DNA of 64,000 nucleotides from Octopus vulgaris (taxonomy: Eukaryota), in NCBI GenBank assembly GCA_951406725.2, contig OX597821.1:32302001-32366000 (forward strand), written 5' to 3'. Positions 26,850 to 40,524 of the stretch are shown piece after piece. The translations under genes and the position numbers were made by a program. Each line of letters opens with the position of its first letter. Position 1 is the first letter of the stretch. The notes under the pieces are model-generated. The model saw nothing but the letters and a program-made list of their open reading frames with translations, searched no databases and was not told the origin of the DNA.

Positions 26850-27155
26850 GAATTAGAGATAAAACCACTATTATGCAACTCAAAGAGTGATAGACATAAA
26901 CCAATACATAAATAACAAATAATATATATAATTAATATAATATAATATATATATATGTATATATATATATACATATATATGCATATATATATAGATATAT
27001 ATATTTCCAAAAGTATAAAATGAATGGAGTTGCATAATAGTGGTTTTATCTCTAATTCCTATTTTATATTTTATATATTTATACTGTGAAATTTGATTTA
27101 ATACTAAATTGAATTTTTCCATTTAAGTTTGGAGTTATACTCCCTAATATTATAT
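26318..27155. repeat. Two related AT-rich foldback elements in opposite orientation, embedded in (TA)n
   Basis: 26402-26480 vs 26520-26600 inverted; 26842-26882 vs 27026-27068 inverted; 26320-26430 resembles the reverse complement of 27035-27152. Confidence 0.8.
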
Positions 27156-27164
27156 ATAGAAGTA

Positions 27165-27868
27165 ACTCAGAAGTAACGGTAGACGAAATACCTATTTCTT
27201 TACTACCCACAAGGGACTAAACACAGAAGGTACAATCAAGGACAAACGGATTAAGTCGATTACATCGACCCCAGTGCGTAACTGGTACTTAATGTATCGA
27301 CCACGAAAGGATGAAAGGCAAAGTAGAACTCGGCGGAATTTGAACCCAGAACGTAGCGGCAGACGAAATACCCATTTCTTTACTACCTATTTCTTTACTG
27401 CCCACAAGGGGCTAAACACAGAAGGTACAAACAAGGACAAACGGATTAAGTCGATTACATCGACCCCAGTGCGTAACTGGTACTTAATTTATCGACCTCG
27501 AAAGGATGAAAGGCAAAGTCGACCTCGGCAGAATTTGAACTCAGGACGTAGCGGCAGACGAAATGCTGCTAAGCATTTTGCCCGGCGCGCTAACGTTTAT
27601 GCCAGCTCGCTGCCTTCTGCGGCAGACGTAATACCTATTTCTTTACTACCCACAAGGGGCTAAACACAGAGAAGATAAACAGGGACAGCCAAACGGATTA
27701 AGTCGATCATTTCGTCCCCAGTGCGTAACTGTTACTTAATTTATCGAGCCCGAAAGGATGAAAGGCAAAGTCGACCTCGGCAGAATTTGAACTCAGAACG
27801 TAGCGGCAGACGAAATACTGCTAAGCATTTTGCCCGGCGTGCTAACGATTCTGCCAGCTCGCCGCCCT
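27165..27868 (-). mobile_element. Tandem array of SINE family B (three bodies, two heads)
   Basis: Three copies of the ~190-bp body; heads end at about 27616 and 27868. Confidence 0.93.
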
Positions 27869-28953
27869 TATGCACACACATATATTCGTGTATATCTAAT
27901 TTTGCATTTATGCTCGTATGTGCAAATATAAACAAATAGTTATAATCATATCTGCATTTAGCATATTTTAATGCGTATTAAATTGTATATGTGTGTAAAT
28001 TTAATTATATATGGGTAGCTAACGTGAAATTGTGTGTCTGTGGTTGGTTGTGTTTTGTCTTCTCCTGAGTATTGTTGTTTATATAATTTTAATGTATTTC
28101 GTCTTGCTAATTTGTGCTTCTGCAGCTGTTTTTATCGATGCTTTTATTTCTTTATATCTGCAGAAATTTTAAATCTGTCGTAATATTTCGTTTTCTCCTT
28201 TTTTCTTCTGTTACTGAGCGATTTGGAAAACAGATTTATTTATTTTTCCTGCGATATTATTTATTTTACTACTGCAGTATGGTGTTTTATTTATCTATTT
28301 ATTTATTTATTTATGTTTTGTGCAAGACCATGTGGTTGTGTTCTGTATGTGTTTATGTATGTAAGGGCGAAAGAAAGAGAAATCAGAAAGTAATAGACTG
28401 AGTGATAGACAGTGTGAGAGTTAGACAAATGTAGGAGATATACTGCAAGACATGGAAGGTATAGAAAGGTTTGTATTTTGAAGGGTATTTCTTTAGAAGG
28501 GTATTTCACTGTGCATTGTTCATACACATGTGTTTGTAAGATGGAAATAGAGCGAGACATAGTGGGAGGCAGTGGAGTGTACACATGATACAGAAAGTGT
28601 TGTGACATAGTTTTCAGAGAAGGATAGAGATAGGAAGAGAGAGAAAGATAGAGACTCCTCCTGTGAGATGTTGCTTTCTTCATAATGTATAATTTAATAT
28701 ATTGCCCCTAAAATAACATATATGCTGATATATATATTCGTAACGTCTATGTAGACTTATTAATTCTGAATTTATATTTGTGGTAATGATGTTTCAAAAA
28801 TATTTCTTTTATTGGTGAGGTGGGAAGAAACTTCAAAGCGCCGGATAAGAAGTTATGATTCGTGTCTTAGGAATTCGTCAGAGTAGAGGTGAACTGTTTG
28901 GTGGAATCGCGATATAAACAAGCTTTTCTTTTCTCTCTTCAACAAACTTGATT

Positions 28954-28994
<41 letters not shown>

Positions 28995-29079
28995 ATTATG
29001 TCATTGTATGATGTGAGTTATGATCAGGTATGAGTTACTTTTTGTTTTCTTTCATGATTCCCTAGATGTTAATACAATT

Positions 29080-29506
29080 GGATCTTTTCGGTTTGAACGG
29101 CAGTTTTTTTCTAGCGGTGTCATATGAAATTGTCACCCATAATTATGACCCTAGTATCGTTCTATTGCATTTCAATCTATTTTAGGGTTAGGGTTATGGT
29201 TAGGGTTAGGGGTGGGGGAATGGTATCTCTTTTTCTTCAGAAATGTAAATAAACCCAATCTGTTTCTTAAACGAGGGACGTATTCATACGGCACAGAATG
29301 TTTTCACCTCAATAGACGTAATTGATTGGTTGAAATTGCTGAAATGTAAGAAATTAAAGACCAAATATCTTACAAACTATAGAATTTTCTCAATAAAGCC
29401 AAGAGAAAAAGATGTTTTATAAACACATTCTACCAGTATACGAAGTGAAAAATTTTTAGTTACCTAGAAATTATGCTAAAATCTGCCGTTCAAACCGAAA
29501 AGATCT
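29080..29506 (+). mobile_element. 427-bp MITE with 24-bp TIRs, 8-bp TSD and internal TTAGGG repeats
   Basis: GGATCTTTTCGGTTTGAACGGCAG ... CTGCCGTTCAAACCGAAAAGATCT; TSD ATACAATT at 29072-29079 and 29507-29514; second copy at 41160-41575. Confidence 0.92.
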
Positions 29507-31569
29507 ATACAATTTCTAACACAGCTGCTGGGTCGAATTTGTTTTTACAAAGGATCAGTTGACTGGATCAACAGCAATACTAAACATGTTATAAACTCTG
29601 GGAAAATCAATGAAAAGTTGATGCCATCGAGAATTGTAATAAAACTATAAACGCACCTGAGTAAGATTTCAAGGATTTTGCCCAACGCCCTACGAATAGA
29701 GGTATTGATAATAAACACAGGTTTAAAGTAAACGTAAACACTCAGTGGAACTGCAACAAAGTCAATAGTGACAACACCATCTTAGTTGGTAATATGAATA
29801 GCAAACCTTTATTAAATTCGGTTTAATAAAATCTTCTACTGTACGCAATATATTGTATTCGAAAAATATCCAAAATCAATTGTGTCAAAACCATTACTAT
29901 GGTTACGTATATATTATTACCACTGTTGCTTACAGATGAAACAGCAGTGGTCGCTAACAGAATATCATACATAGTATTAGGAGCGCTACTATACTTGTTC
30001 ATTAACAGAGTGAATGTATGAAATCAAAGCTCTAATATTCCTAGAATAAGCATCCTTTTTTATGAGAGGTGTTGTGTGTCTGTTTTGGTTAAAAGTATAG
30101 TTGTATACTTTTCAGCTCCGCACTTGTTCTAAAATGTATTGGTTAAATCTTGTGATCATCATTTCAACTCTTAGAGTAGTTTCTTAACGAGATATGGTTA
30201 ACGTTTATGGATTCCGACGTAGTGAGTTCAGTTCTGTCCAAGGTCAACTGTAATCTTATCGAATACATCCATCTCATATATGGAGATTCCTCTACGTAGG
30301 TAGAACATTATTTAAGATTTTGGCGCGCCATAGAGAATAGAAGATGATAAGCAAATCTCCACAGTTTTTACCTTCTCGTTGACTCGTTTTCAATTTCTTG
30401 TTCATGAAAAGGTTAATTAGGGTTTCCTCTCAAGCAATAAAGAAAATCTCCAAAAATGTTCGATCATGAATGCGGTTTAAACCAACATTTAAGGTACAAA
30501 TGCATCGTGTTGCTGTCAGTTCTATTGTTTACCCTAACATATTCAGAGAAGTAATGCATAATTGGTTCAATAAATTTCCGATTGTTACCCCACTTGAATT
30601 GATTTCCTTTGACTATATACGAGAGACACCAAGTATTCTTTTTAAATTGTTTGACGCAGATTTAATCAACGAATTTAAATGTGTTGGTTTTAGTTAAGGC
30701 TGTAAATTGCACTATAAATTTTATTGATTTGTAGCCAATTAAACTACAATTGCTGGTTTAAGAATACAATAAAATACAATACTTTAGGATAAACCATGAT
30801 TCGCAAATAAAGTATTGCACACCATGGCATTTTTAGTCGCCATTTGTATTATTCGTCAGATAAATAATGACACGGTGTATCCTACTGGAATTGATTTTAC
30901 TTTTTATATCACATTCTGTAAATAAAAGACCAGTAGTTATAATATGTATACATGTGTGTGTGTGTGTGTGTGCGTGTGTGTGTGTGTGTGTGTTAAAGTA
31001 TGTATGTATACAGTCAATAATTGATGTTTAGAAAGATAATGTAAGAAGAGGGGTCGATGTTGTTTGCGGTTTTGCTCTTAAGCTCTATTCTTTGTCATCC
31101 CAGTTTAAGTTGATCTATGATCAAATATATTTACGCCGAGACTATTTAGTGTTTCCTGACATAATTTAACTGAAACTATATTATCAAATTTGCTCTCTGT
31201 TTTTCCTAAGGCTTTTCTAAGAGTGACTTGAGAAAAACTAAATGTCCGTGTGGAGAGGTAAATATGAGATATAGGTGCTACTTCTAGCCGGGCACGGATA
31301 TATTCCTTAAAGCTTTCAACAAAGTTTCTAATGCGGTGCTTGGGGATAAACGCAAGACAGGCGGCAAGAATAAGAAGCCAACTATCAGTTTGTGGTAGTG
31401 AAGTATTATTTCAATTTCTCTGCAAGCTCTCTGCACACCTTCATGCACACAGTCAAAGAAGCATCCACTAGCACGAGCGCAAACACATATAAATACAACA
31501 CATCGCTCGTTATATATCTAGAATACTTCATCACCAATGTTTCTAAAGATTTAGAGTATTAGGTTTTCA

Positions 31570-32230
31570 GCATCAGTCCCTCTCAATGACTTGAATCTAA
31601 ACGGAGTTTATCCAGTGTTACCTAGCAGCCACCGGACTGCCTTCTTTATCCAAAACTGTCTGCTTACTTCCAGTGTAGATTTGGTGTTGAAAGGTATGCC
31701 ATTATTTTAGTGTTGAACCAATAACTCCTATTCCAATCAGTTCTTTGCAGTGTAAGCGATCCACGAAGCCTGTGCAGCTTACTTCGATTGCAACGCGGTG
31801 GCCACAATCTTGTCTGTTGCACTGGTGTACCAGATCCTGGTATATGAATTCAGTACAACTAACGATGTTCTCCACCAACGAACCACATGGGTGCTTGTTC
31901 AATCATAGTATTAAAGTTTTCAAGATAAGGAGAGAAAATATTTCAGTTGAGCAGCTTAGTAGATCAAGATTTGTTGAGTATTACGGTGCTGACAAGAGAA
32001 AGCTTCGAACAAAGAAATTTAAATGAAACGATCATTTGAACTACTCTTTACTCTTTTACTTGTTCCAGTCATTTGACTGCGGCCATGCTGGAGTACCGCC
32101 TTTAGTCGAGCAACTCGAGCCCGGGACTTATTCTATCAGTCTCTTTTGCCGAACCGCTAAGTGACGGGGACATAAACACACCAGCATGTCAAGCAATGCT
32201 AGGGGGACAAACACAGACATACAAACACAT

Positions 32231-32286
<56 letters not shown>

Positions 32287-33050
32287 TTCCATATATACGA
32301 CGGGCTTCTTTCAGTTTCCGTCTACCAAATCCACTCACAAGGCATTAGTCGGCCCGCGGCTATAGTAGAAGACACTTGCCCAAGGTGCCACGCAAGGGAC
32401 TGAACCCGGAACCATGTGGTTGGTAAGCAAGCTACTTACCACACAGCCACTCCTGAGCCTATTCTAACATACAGCTTAAAGAGAGAACTTAAATTTTAAG
32501 CGTCTTCAAGATTACAACACTAGCAATAATTGTCATTCCGGTTTAAAGTCAAAGTTTTTGTAATTAACTGGATTTGTAGCATATTGGCTGAATCAGTTGT
32601 ATTTACTGCATAGATAAGTCTTGGCTCATTTCTTTGACAGTATCCCTATAGCAGTGATGAACATATTTACACAATAAAACTTTTAATTGTAAAAATCGAA
32701 ACGCTAAATTTGACAATGTGAATACTCCGGATTCCAGAATCGAAGACAGAATCTGTAGTGAGATGGGAAAGATCTATTTTGTTGCCGTAGCTTAGTTCAG
32801 TTGTGCTTTGGTAGACTCCAGCCAAAGAGAGCTGGATATGTAATAATACAAGCAGCAAATTCCGCCCCGCAGTATCGCGCGCCTCTTTGGAAGAGCATGA
32901 AGTGCAGATTTGACGGCATAGAAGTAACATTGCTTTCTTCGACATGTAACATTTTCTGTATCCACCACAAACTACACGTAACCCAGTTGATTAATATCAA
33001 CTCCCACTCTATTTCATACAAACTTCAGTGTACATAGTAGGTCGTGCGAT
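31570..33050 (-). mobile_element. Highly decayed DNA transposase, possibly piggyBac-like, split by a SINE
   Basis: LSLAGVYQSTTE and GHRVAIE..ELIGIGVIGSTLK loosely resemble piggyBac segments in the expected order. Confidence 0.3.
32042..32460 (-). mobile_element. SINE family A, near full length
   Basis: Head gagtggctgtgtggtaagtagc, core accttgggcaagtgtcttc, tail (gtaaaaga)n. Confidence 0.93.
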
Positions 33051-35263
33051 TTTTTTCCTGTCTCGCATACACAGATATTTGGTTACCATTCATATGCAAC
33101 ATTAATCATTTTTACCACTTTCTGGTGCACATTACACTACTGAATAAATTTCAATGTTCCTGATTTAGAAATTTGCCTTCTGAATATTCTTCATTCATGC
33201 TTCTTTAAGAAATCTCTGAAAATGATTTCTTTGTATGAGCTATCTTTAAAAGATTATACCACACGCATTATATTACAACTCGAACACGTTACATATATGA
33301 GACATTCCTTCTAAATGACATTACTGATCACATCTTAGAATGCTGAAACCGACGTGTTCGGTAGATATGAAGTGATGGAAAGTATCTATCAGACACAGCA
33401 GTCCTGCACATTGGCAAGGCATTGGTAAGAAGAACGAAATACTTAACATAACTGAACTTGGTGTTACATCATCAGCTTCAATCTGTTGACTACATTCAAA
33501 GAACACCAGCTCATCTACAGAAGATGCTTTTGTACCAGATATTGCAAGAAAAACTAAAGCAATCATTCAAAATCATTAATACTAAGGATTCTCCACAGAT
33601 GACCGAGGCCTATAATATTTCTCTCTGCGGGAAATAACGGCTCAGTGCATTGACCTCTTTGAAAGTATCCGCAAAGAGGAGACTGACTAAAAGAGATGTC
33701 GACGAAAGAAAACTGGCCTATGAAGAAGGTTGTTTTACCGTTATGAGCCGTCATCGTGTATTCGTTGTCAGGGGTTTTATTAGGTTATACAACCATCTTC
33801 GAAGAAATAAATAAATTGTATAGAATCAAATTCTCGACACTGAGAAATACCAATGAAATGACAATACTTTTACGTGAATATATTTGTCTTCTGCAGTCAC
33901 AGTTTGATATTGTCACTATGATAGACGGAAAGAGAATTTTGTCTGACATGATTAGAACAAATATTTGCAAGCAAATTTAATTTGCTGTTTTTTAGTGATT
34001 TAGACTCTACATTTCGTAATGGTAAATTTACCTGTGTTGTTTTTCACTGTCAGTATTAATAACGTCCAAAAAAAGTTTTCAACTACCCGTTTGAAAATAA
34101 TATTATTGTTTTGTTTGGTTTTATATAAATAGTGTTCAGTGTGAAGAAAGATTTCATGTGCCTACATCCTCTGTATCATTAGGAATGATTGTGCTAGTTA
34201 CCTCTAAACGGCAGAGAGATTTGATAGCCAGAGTGTGAACCAGATGGTGACTGACTTAACGACAATCTGCTGAGTGGGTCTTTCTTTGAATGTGGTCTAA
34301 GGTATCTGTGTCTTAGGCTGCAGCACTCTGCCAGGTTTATAAGCTGCACCCTACTGAGAGACTCCACTCAAATTTGTAGAGGCTTGCAGGATAATTAGAA
34401 TAGACCTGAAGATGCAGGCCTGTCTCTTTTAGGCGGACTTTGCTATGGTAAATATATGCGTCCACCAAATGGTTTTCCAGAAAAAGGTTTGGCGTAACGT
34501 CTCAGGTTAGCTATTGTTTCTGTTTAAGTGGGATCAGGTAGAAGTATTTTCCAAACATTTATATTGTTTATGCCTTTTTTGTTGAATTAACAATTTTAGT
34601 ATGACTCAGATATGACGAGATGTAGATTTTCAACATTATTGGTTAGGTTCTTTTAGTTCAAGTATATGTGGCGTAAAGAGTCCAAGCTATATGTGGGTAG
34701 CGTAGTGTTTTGAAATTAAGAACATACAAATAGCATTATCACCAGCTGCTTATGATGAATGTTGTTAACAGTTAAGAAAAGTACGCCTTTGAGCGATAGA
34801 AAAACACAATTTAGGAGAAGAGAAACTAGAGCCACGCTCATAGAGAGACGTTTTACTATTCCAATGGCTTTCTTTTACCCTCACATTAAAAAACCCCCAT
34901 ACATCTTACACATTACATGCGTCTAACACTACACGTACGATGCATGTTTCCAAGCACAAATTCACCTCACACAGCATTACATATAGGAGTCACACTCAAC
35001 AAACCAATGCTACCAAATATAAGCACCTATGAATGTGTATACACATACCAACGCCTCACCAACATGCACCTGTACACAATTCTCCTTTAAGCGGAATTCG
35101 AGTCACACAAAGATTTCGATACATGCATATGGTCGTATTCACTGTTCTCCTTGTAAAACGGTATTTGGACCCATTCTAGGTTTAAACGGTCTGTTTCGCT
35201 CTGCGTAGATTTGACAAATTGTTTTCTATTATTCTCGAAATAAATATTTCCAAACATACTCTT

Positions 35264-35332
<69 letters not shown>

Positions 35333-35349
35333 GTAGAGATTTCCAGTTG

Positions 35350-36510
35350 ATGTCAGCATCTTCCCCAAGAATAGCCAAACGGCCCCTGCCATCAGAAAAA
35401 TATCGCCCAATATCCTGGTACAAATCATGCATGGAGTGCCTCAATCTCTACAGGATCATCGTTCTACGAACAACGTTATAACCCCTGAGCAAGTTGGAGG
35501 GAATAAGGAGGTGTTGGGCTGTATACAGCAGCTACTAATTAACAAAATAATCCAGGAAAAAGAGTAAAAGATTATATGAACTTTACCGTAGTGTGACTGC
35601 AAGAAGGCTTTTGATAGTATCCCACATAGTTAGATTATCAGGGTATCATAGTTGGCCAAAGCTCCCCCAACAACTAGTGAATGCTATTGAACGCATACCC
35701 GAGACTCGGTATACCACTTTGCTTCTTGGGAATGATAAGGAGCAAATTGAATCGGATAGCATTCACTACCCAAAGGTTATATTTCAGAAGGTGTTGTTCT
35801 TCGTCCTCTCATTAGATCCAGTATCATACCTGCTCAGAAAACATAGCGGCCAGAGAAATGGATCCAGCAGGATCTCCCTTGTTTTCTTTGTTGCCAACCT
35901 GAAACTGTATGGGACAAATATCGAGCAATTGGGTTCGACTACCCAATTTTCTACAGACATTGCAATGAAATATGGTGAGTCTAAATGGGCATTTTTTACA
36001 ATGAAATGTGGAAAAGTTGTGCCGACCTCTGAACATGAGCGGCTTGCCAATATACTCTATTTAGTCAGGTGACAATTATAGGTGTCTTGGACAAATGAGA
36101 ACGTCAGATATGATGGACCCATAAATAAGGGAAGTCCATAGATGAATACTTTCTGAGTGTAAAGAGAACATGGTCATCAGAGCTGTCAGCTTACAAGAAG
36201 GATATTACCCAGAACAATTTTGCAGTGCCTGTCCTCACAGCATTGTGGTTCGAAAAATACAGAAGAAAGATGACATCTATGGACCATTAATAAGGAATTT
36301 GCAAATCCAATATCTACAATACACTTTCAGCTTCATAATTGTTATTATTATTGTAGCAACAGGATCCATACTAACCTTTCCAGAGCAAGATATGGCTGAA
36401 CTTTGGATCTTAAAAAGAGAGTACAAATCCTTAAAGCTCTACAAACAACTGCAATATGAGGGTCTATAAAAATCTGCAAGACCTATAAAATTCAGCAAGA
36501 TTTAAAGTGT
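35350..36510 (+). mobile_element. R4/Dong-type LINE, decayed (RT to RLE end, deleted)
   Basis: KYRPIS, ITPEQVGG..GCIQQLLINK, DCKKAFDSIPHS, ISLVFFVANLKLYG, FSTDIAMKYGESK, KKDDIYGPLIRNL. Confidence 0.85.
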
Positions 36511-36957
36511 GACGGCTAATAGAAGATACTGGTTTTCATAACTTTGCTACCAAGTAGGCGGTCGGTCAAAATTTACTGTAAATTAAAAAGAGAAATAAAA
36601 TATGCGAACGGCGCTTGCGTATGCACGCATGCTTGCATAAAGGTTTCTCGTTGATTCCAGTTTTGATGATGATATGTTAAGAAAGCTTGATTGTATACGG
36701 TGAGTGATGGATATTTAAGCTGTATGGTTTTCTCAAGATCTGGATTAGGAAAAACTTATCTCTTTCTAAAAAAAAAAATCCGATATCTTTTGCAGAGAGA
36801 GAAAGTGAGAAATAGGGGGTGGAAAGAGTATGAGCAGAGATGGAGCAGAAAAATAGAACAAATTCAGTACAGAACAGGTAACTCTTTACATATCAGGAAT
36901 GAAAGCAAATGTAAGTGCATAATATATGCATGTGCATGAATGCATATAAATAACATA

Positions 36958-37053
<96 letters not shown>

Positions 37054-37060
37054 CATATAT

Positions 37061-37355
37061 ACCAATGCCTTGTGAGTGGATTTGGTAGACGGAAACTGAA
37101 AGAAGCCTGTCGTATATATGTATATATATATATATGTGTGTGTGTTTGTGTGTCTGTGTTTGTCCCCCTAGCATTGATTGACAACCGATGCTGGTGTGTT
37201 TACGTCCCCGTCACTTAGCGGTTCAGCAAAAGAGACCGATAGAATAAGTACTGGGCTTACAAAGAATAAGTCCCGGGGTCGATTTGCTCGACTAAAAGGC
37301 GGTGCTCCAGCATGGCCGCAGTCAAATGACTGAAACAAGTAAAAGAGTAAAAGAG
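37061..37355 (+). mobile_element. SINE family A, 5'-truncated
   Basis: Near-identical inverted partner at 38351-38646. Confidence 0.93.
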
Positions 37356-37589
37356 AGAGTAAGAGTATATATATACATATTTATATGCATACATATATAA
37401 ATACATGCATATATATATGTAGATATATATATATATGTATATATATGTGTATATAAATAAATATATATATATATATGTGTGTGTTTTTGTGTGTGCGTGT
37501 GTGTGTGTGTTTGTGTATGTGTATAAATGTATATACGAGGGGTACTCAGAAGTATAAACGGAAACGTTCACTGTGGGACAATCTCGCGT

Positions 37590-38210
37590 TGTATTTCAGA
37601 CATGTACCCATACTGATAAAAATGAAACAACCAGTCGCCATCATGGTGTCTGGAATGACCACTAGTGATGGTGACTATATACTTCCATTCATCTTCCTTC
37701 GTGACCTCACCCTCAACACGGAGGCCTACATCAATTGCCTGGGTCAATAGCGTGGCTGCTGGAAGACGCTGTTTCTGGTAGCAGAACTCTTCACCACGCC
37801 ACACAAGTAGGAGAATCCAGTCATGACTGTCAGGCAATTTCTGCGACCACATCATCCGTAACATCTGGCCACCTAACTCCCCAGACTGTATCCCCCTTGA
37901 TTATTATGTGTGGGGCGCAGTTGAGCGAGAGACCAACAAGACTCCTTGTAGCACCAAAGATGAACTAAAGGCAATGTCTATGGCAGTATTCACCAGCCTA
38001 AAACAAGTGACCGTCCAGAGGAGTTCCAAGATATTCCGAAGTCGTCTGGAGGTGGTACTTGAAACCAATGGGGATTTTATTGAACAAATTTACTCTTTAG
38101 TATTTCAAGATATTTTTATATAATTTTGGTAAATATATCTGTTAAAACAAGATGTAGGTGTTATTTTCATTTTTGCGTAATTTAAACGTCAATTCATTCA
38201 CCGCACCTTG
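37590..38210 (+). mobile_element. Tc1/mariner DD37D (maT-type) transposon 3' part
   Basis: QNSSPRHTS..IWPPNSPDCIPLDYYVWGAVERE: 37 residues between the second catalytic position (N here, D in the 24-kb copy) and the third D; terminus ..GCACCTTG|TA. Confidence 0.9.
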
Positions 38211-38350
38211 TATGTATGTAACGTATGTATACACACACACATACACACACATATATATATATATACGATTATGTACATATATTATACGCATTATGTGTGT
38301 AGTAGTATGCGTGTGTGTGTATATATATATACATACATATATATATATAT

Positions 38351-38561
38351 TACTCTTTACTCTTTTACTTGTTTCAGTCATTTGACTGCGGCCATGCTGG
38401 AGCACCGCCTTTAGTCGAACAAATCGACCCCGGGACTTATTCTTTGTAAGCCCAGTACTTATTCTATCGGTCTCTTTTTCCCGAACCGCTAAGTGACGGG
38501 GACGTAAACACACCAGCATCGGTTGTCAAGCAATGCTAGGGGGACAAACACAGACACACAA

Positions 38562-38594
<33 letters not shown>

Positions 38595-38755
38595 CGACAG
38601 GCTTCTTTCAGTTTCCGTCTACCAAATCCACTCACAAGGCATTGGTCGGCCCGGGGCTATAGCAGAAGACACTTGCCCAAGGTGCCATGCAGTGGGACTG
38701 AACCCGGAACCATGAGGTTGGTTAGCAAGCTACTTACCACACAGCCACTCCTGCG

Positions 38756-38757
<2 letters not shown>
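38351..38757 (-). mobile_element. SINE family A, full length
   Basis: Complete ggcgcaggagtggctgtgtgg head to (gtaaaaga)n tail, inside (TA)n. Confidence 0.95.
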
Positions 38758-38824
<67 letters not shown>

Positions 38825-38865
38825 GTGTATGTATGCATGTATATGTAAATATGAATGCAGATATC

Positions 38866-38943
<78 letters not shown>

Positions 38944-39970
38944 AGACGTGTATATATACATATATACGTGTGTGTGCGTGAGTGAGTGCGTGTGTCTGTT
39001 GTTTTGACAACCTTAACTAATTATAAAATGAGTAAATGTGAAAATGGCTTTATTAATAATCCGGAAATATACATATATCTAGAAAATATTCTTGAGGAAC
39101 TTAATTTCTAGATGTTATTGAAATCACTTTATTTTCCCTGTGTTTGGATTATTATGGATATTTTCTTTTTTTTTTTCTTATCTTGGCGTAACTGATATAT
39201 TGGCTCAATATTGGATATATTCTGTTTACTGCTATCATTTAAGATGTACACCAACAAATTATTTCTGCTAATCAATAAGGCTATACGAAAAAAATGTGTA
39301 TCTTTCTTTTTCCTTTCTTTGATTCTTTCTTTGGTTTTCGTTTTCGTTTACAATACGTGATTCCCTATTATTCACTTTCAATGAAACTCTGATATCAACA
39401 ATATGTAACTGAATGTACTGGTGCAATGATTATGAAGATGCTAAAGGAAACGAACAGCAATAGCAACATTATCAGTAAGGTCGAATTTGAAAAGGTATCA
39501 CTTCAATGGTGAAGAGATAGTTACTGATATTTATTCCGAAGTGGCGTACCTCGTCAGCAACTCTTTACAAATAATCACAATGCAAATTCGGGTTTTGTGT
39601 GGATTTGAAGTTTAAATATTTTGACATGACATATGAAAGTGTGTGACTCCCTCTGAATGACTTTATATGGTTGACACGAAATTACATGGTGTAAATTACT
39701 TAGCTATCAGAAATATCTTATGACTATATTTTCAAATGCATTGTAATCTACTCCATAACACACTATGATGATATTTCAAAGGGAAATGCTTACCTATTTA
39801 GCAATGCTACACCATAGTGTATTCAAGTACCATTTTCAATCGTCTTCGGTCGAGCTTGTTAGTGAAATTATATATAGAGAAATTGTACGGTAAATTGTCA
39901 AATGGATTTTAATAGTAATTTAGAGGTTTGGTACTTTCGTATTATTTTACACTCATTAGGTGCTCATAAT

Positions 39971-40256
39971 AGGCCGCCAGCAGAACAGTTGGGCCACAGG
40001 TCCTACAGCCAAATGCACCCCCTCCATGTCGCAACCCACGAGTGTCTATCGACTCAAAAGAAATCAAGGAGGAGCAAAACAGCACCGCGACGAAACAATC
40101 CATCAACCCACCACAAACTGACAACCCAAAGGAAGACAGAAGGAAGTCAGACAGCACCACGATGGAACGACCCAGCAACTCACCACAAACTGACAAACAT
40201 AAAAGTTTAGTACACAGAAGGGACAATACAAGACAAACAAAACATGGGGGTCAATA
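39971..40256. mobile_element. Rearranged fragment of the L1/Tx1-like element at 44571-46417
   Basis: 39971-40197 is an inverted copy of about 45047-45271; 40198-40256 is a direct copy of about 44580-44640. Confidence 0.88.
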
Positions 40257-40524
40257 ATTAGGTGTGTCATTGAAATACTTAGCCGCCAATACGCTAACAC
40301 AATTTGGAAGATAGGTTAGTTGATGAAACACATGAATCATCTTCTTCGAAACCTATATAGAACCAAGTTTTATCAGTTTATATTAATTAATCAGGATATA
40401 GGTCTAAGAAGACTCCGAAATATTTCCAACTGCTATTCACTATTCTGAATGTCATTGGGGACATTTGGAGTTGGGGTTTGTTATGATTTCAGCCTGTTTT
40501 CTTCTTCAGTCTAATATTATGACA

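Noticed and set aside
27165-27868. CRISPR-like array
   Set aside because: Units are ~190-bp SINE bodies without unique spacers; eukaryotic context, no cas genes.
29181-29218. Telomere or chromosome-fusion scar
   Set aside because: The repeats are an internal part of a MITE present twice.
30470-30697. 75-aa plus ORF
   Set aside because: No motif or splice support.
39793-39853. Minus exon candidate with AG|gtaagc donor
   Set aside because: Stops in all three frames.
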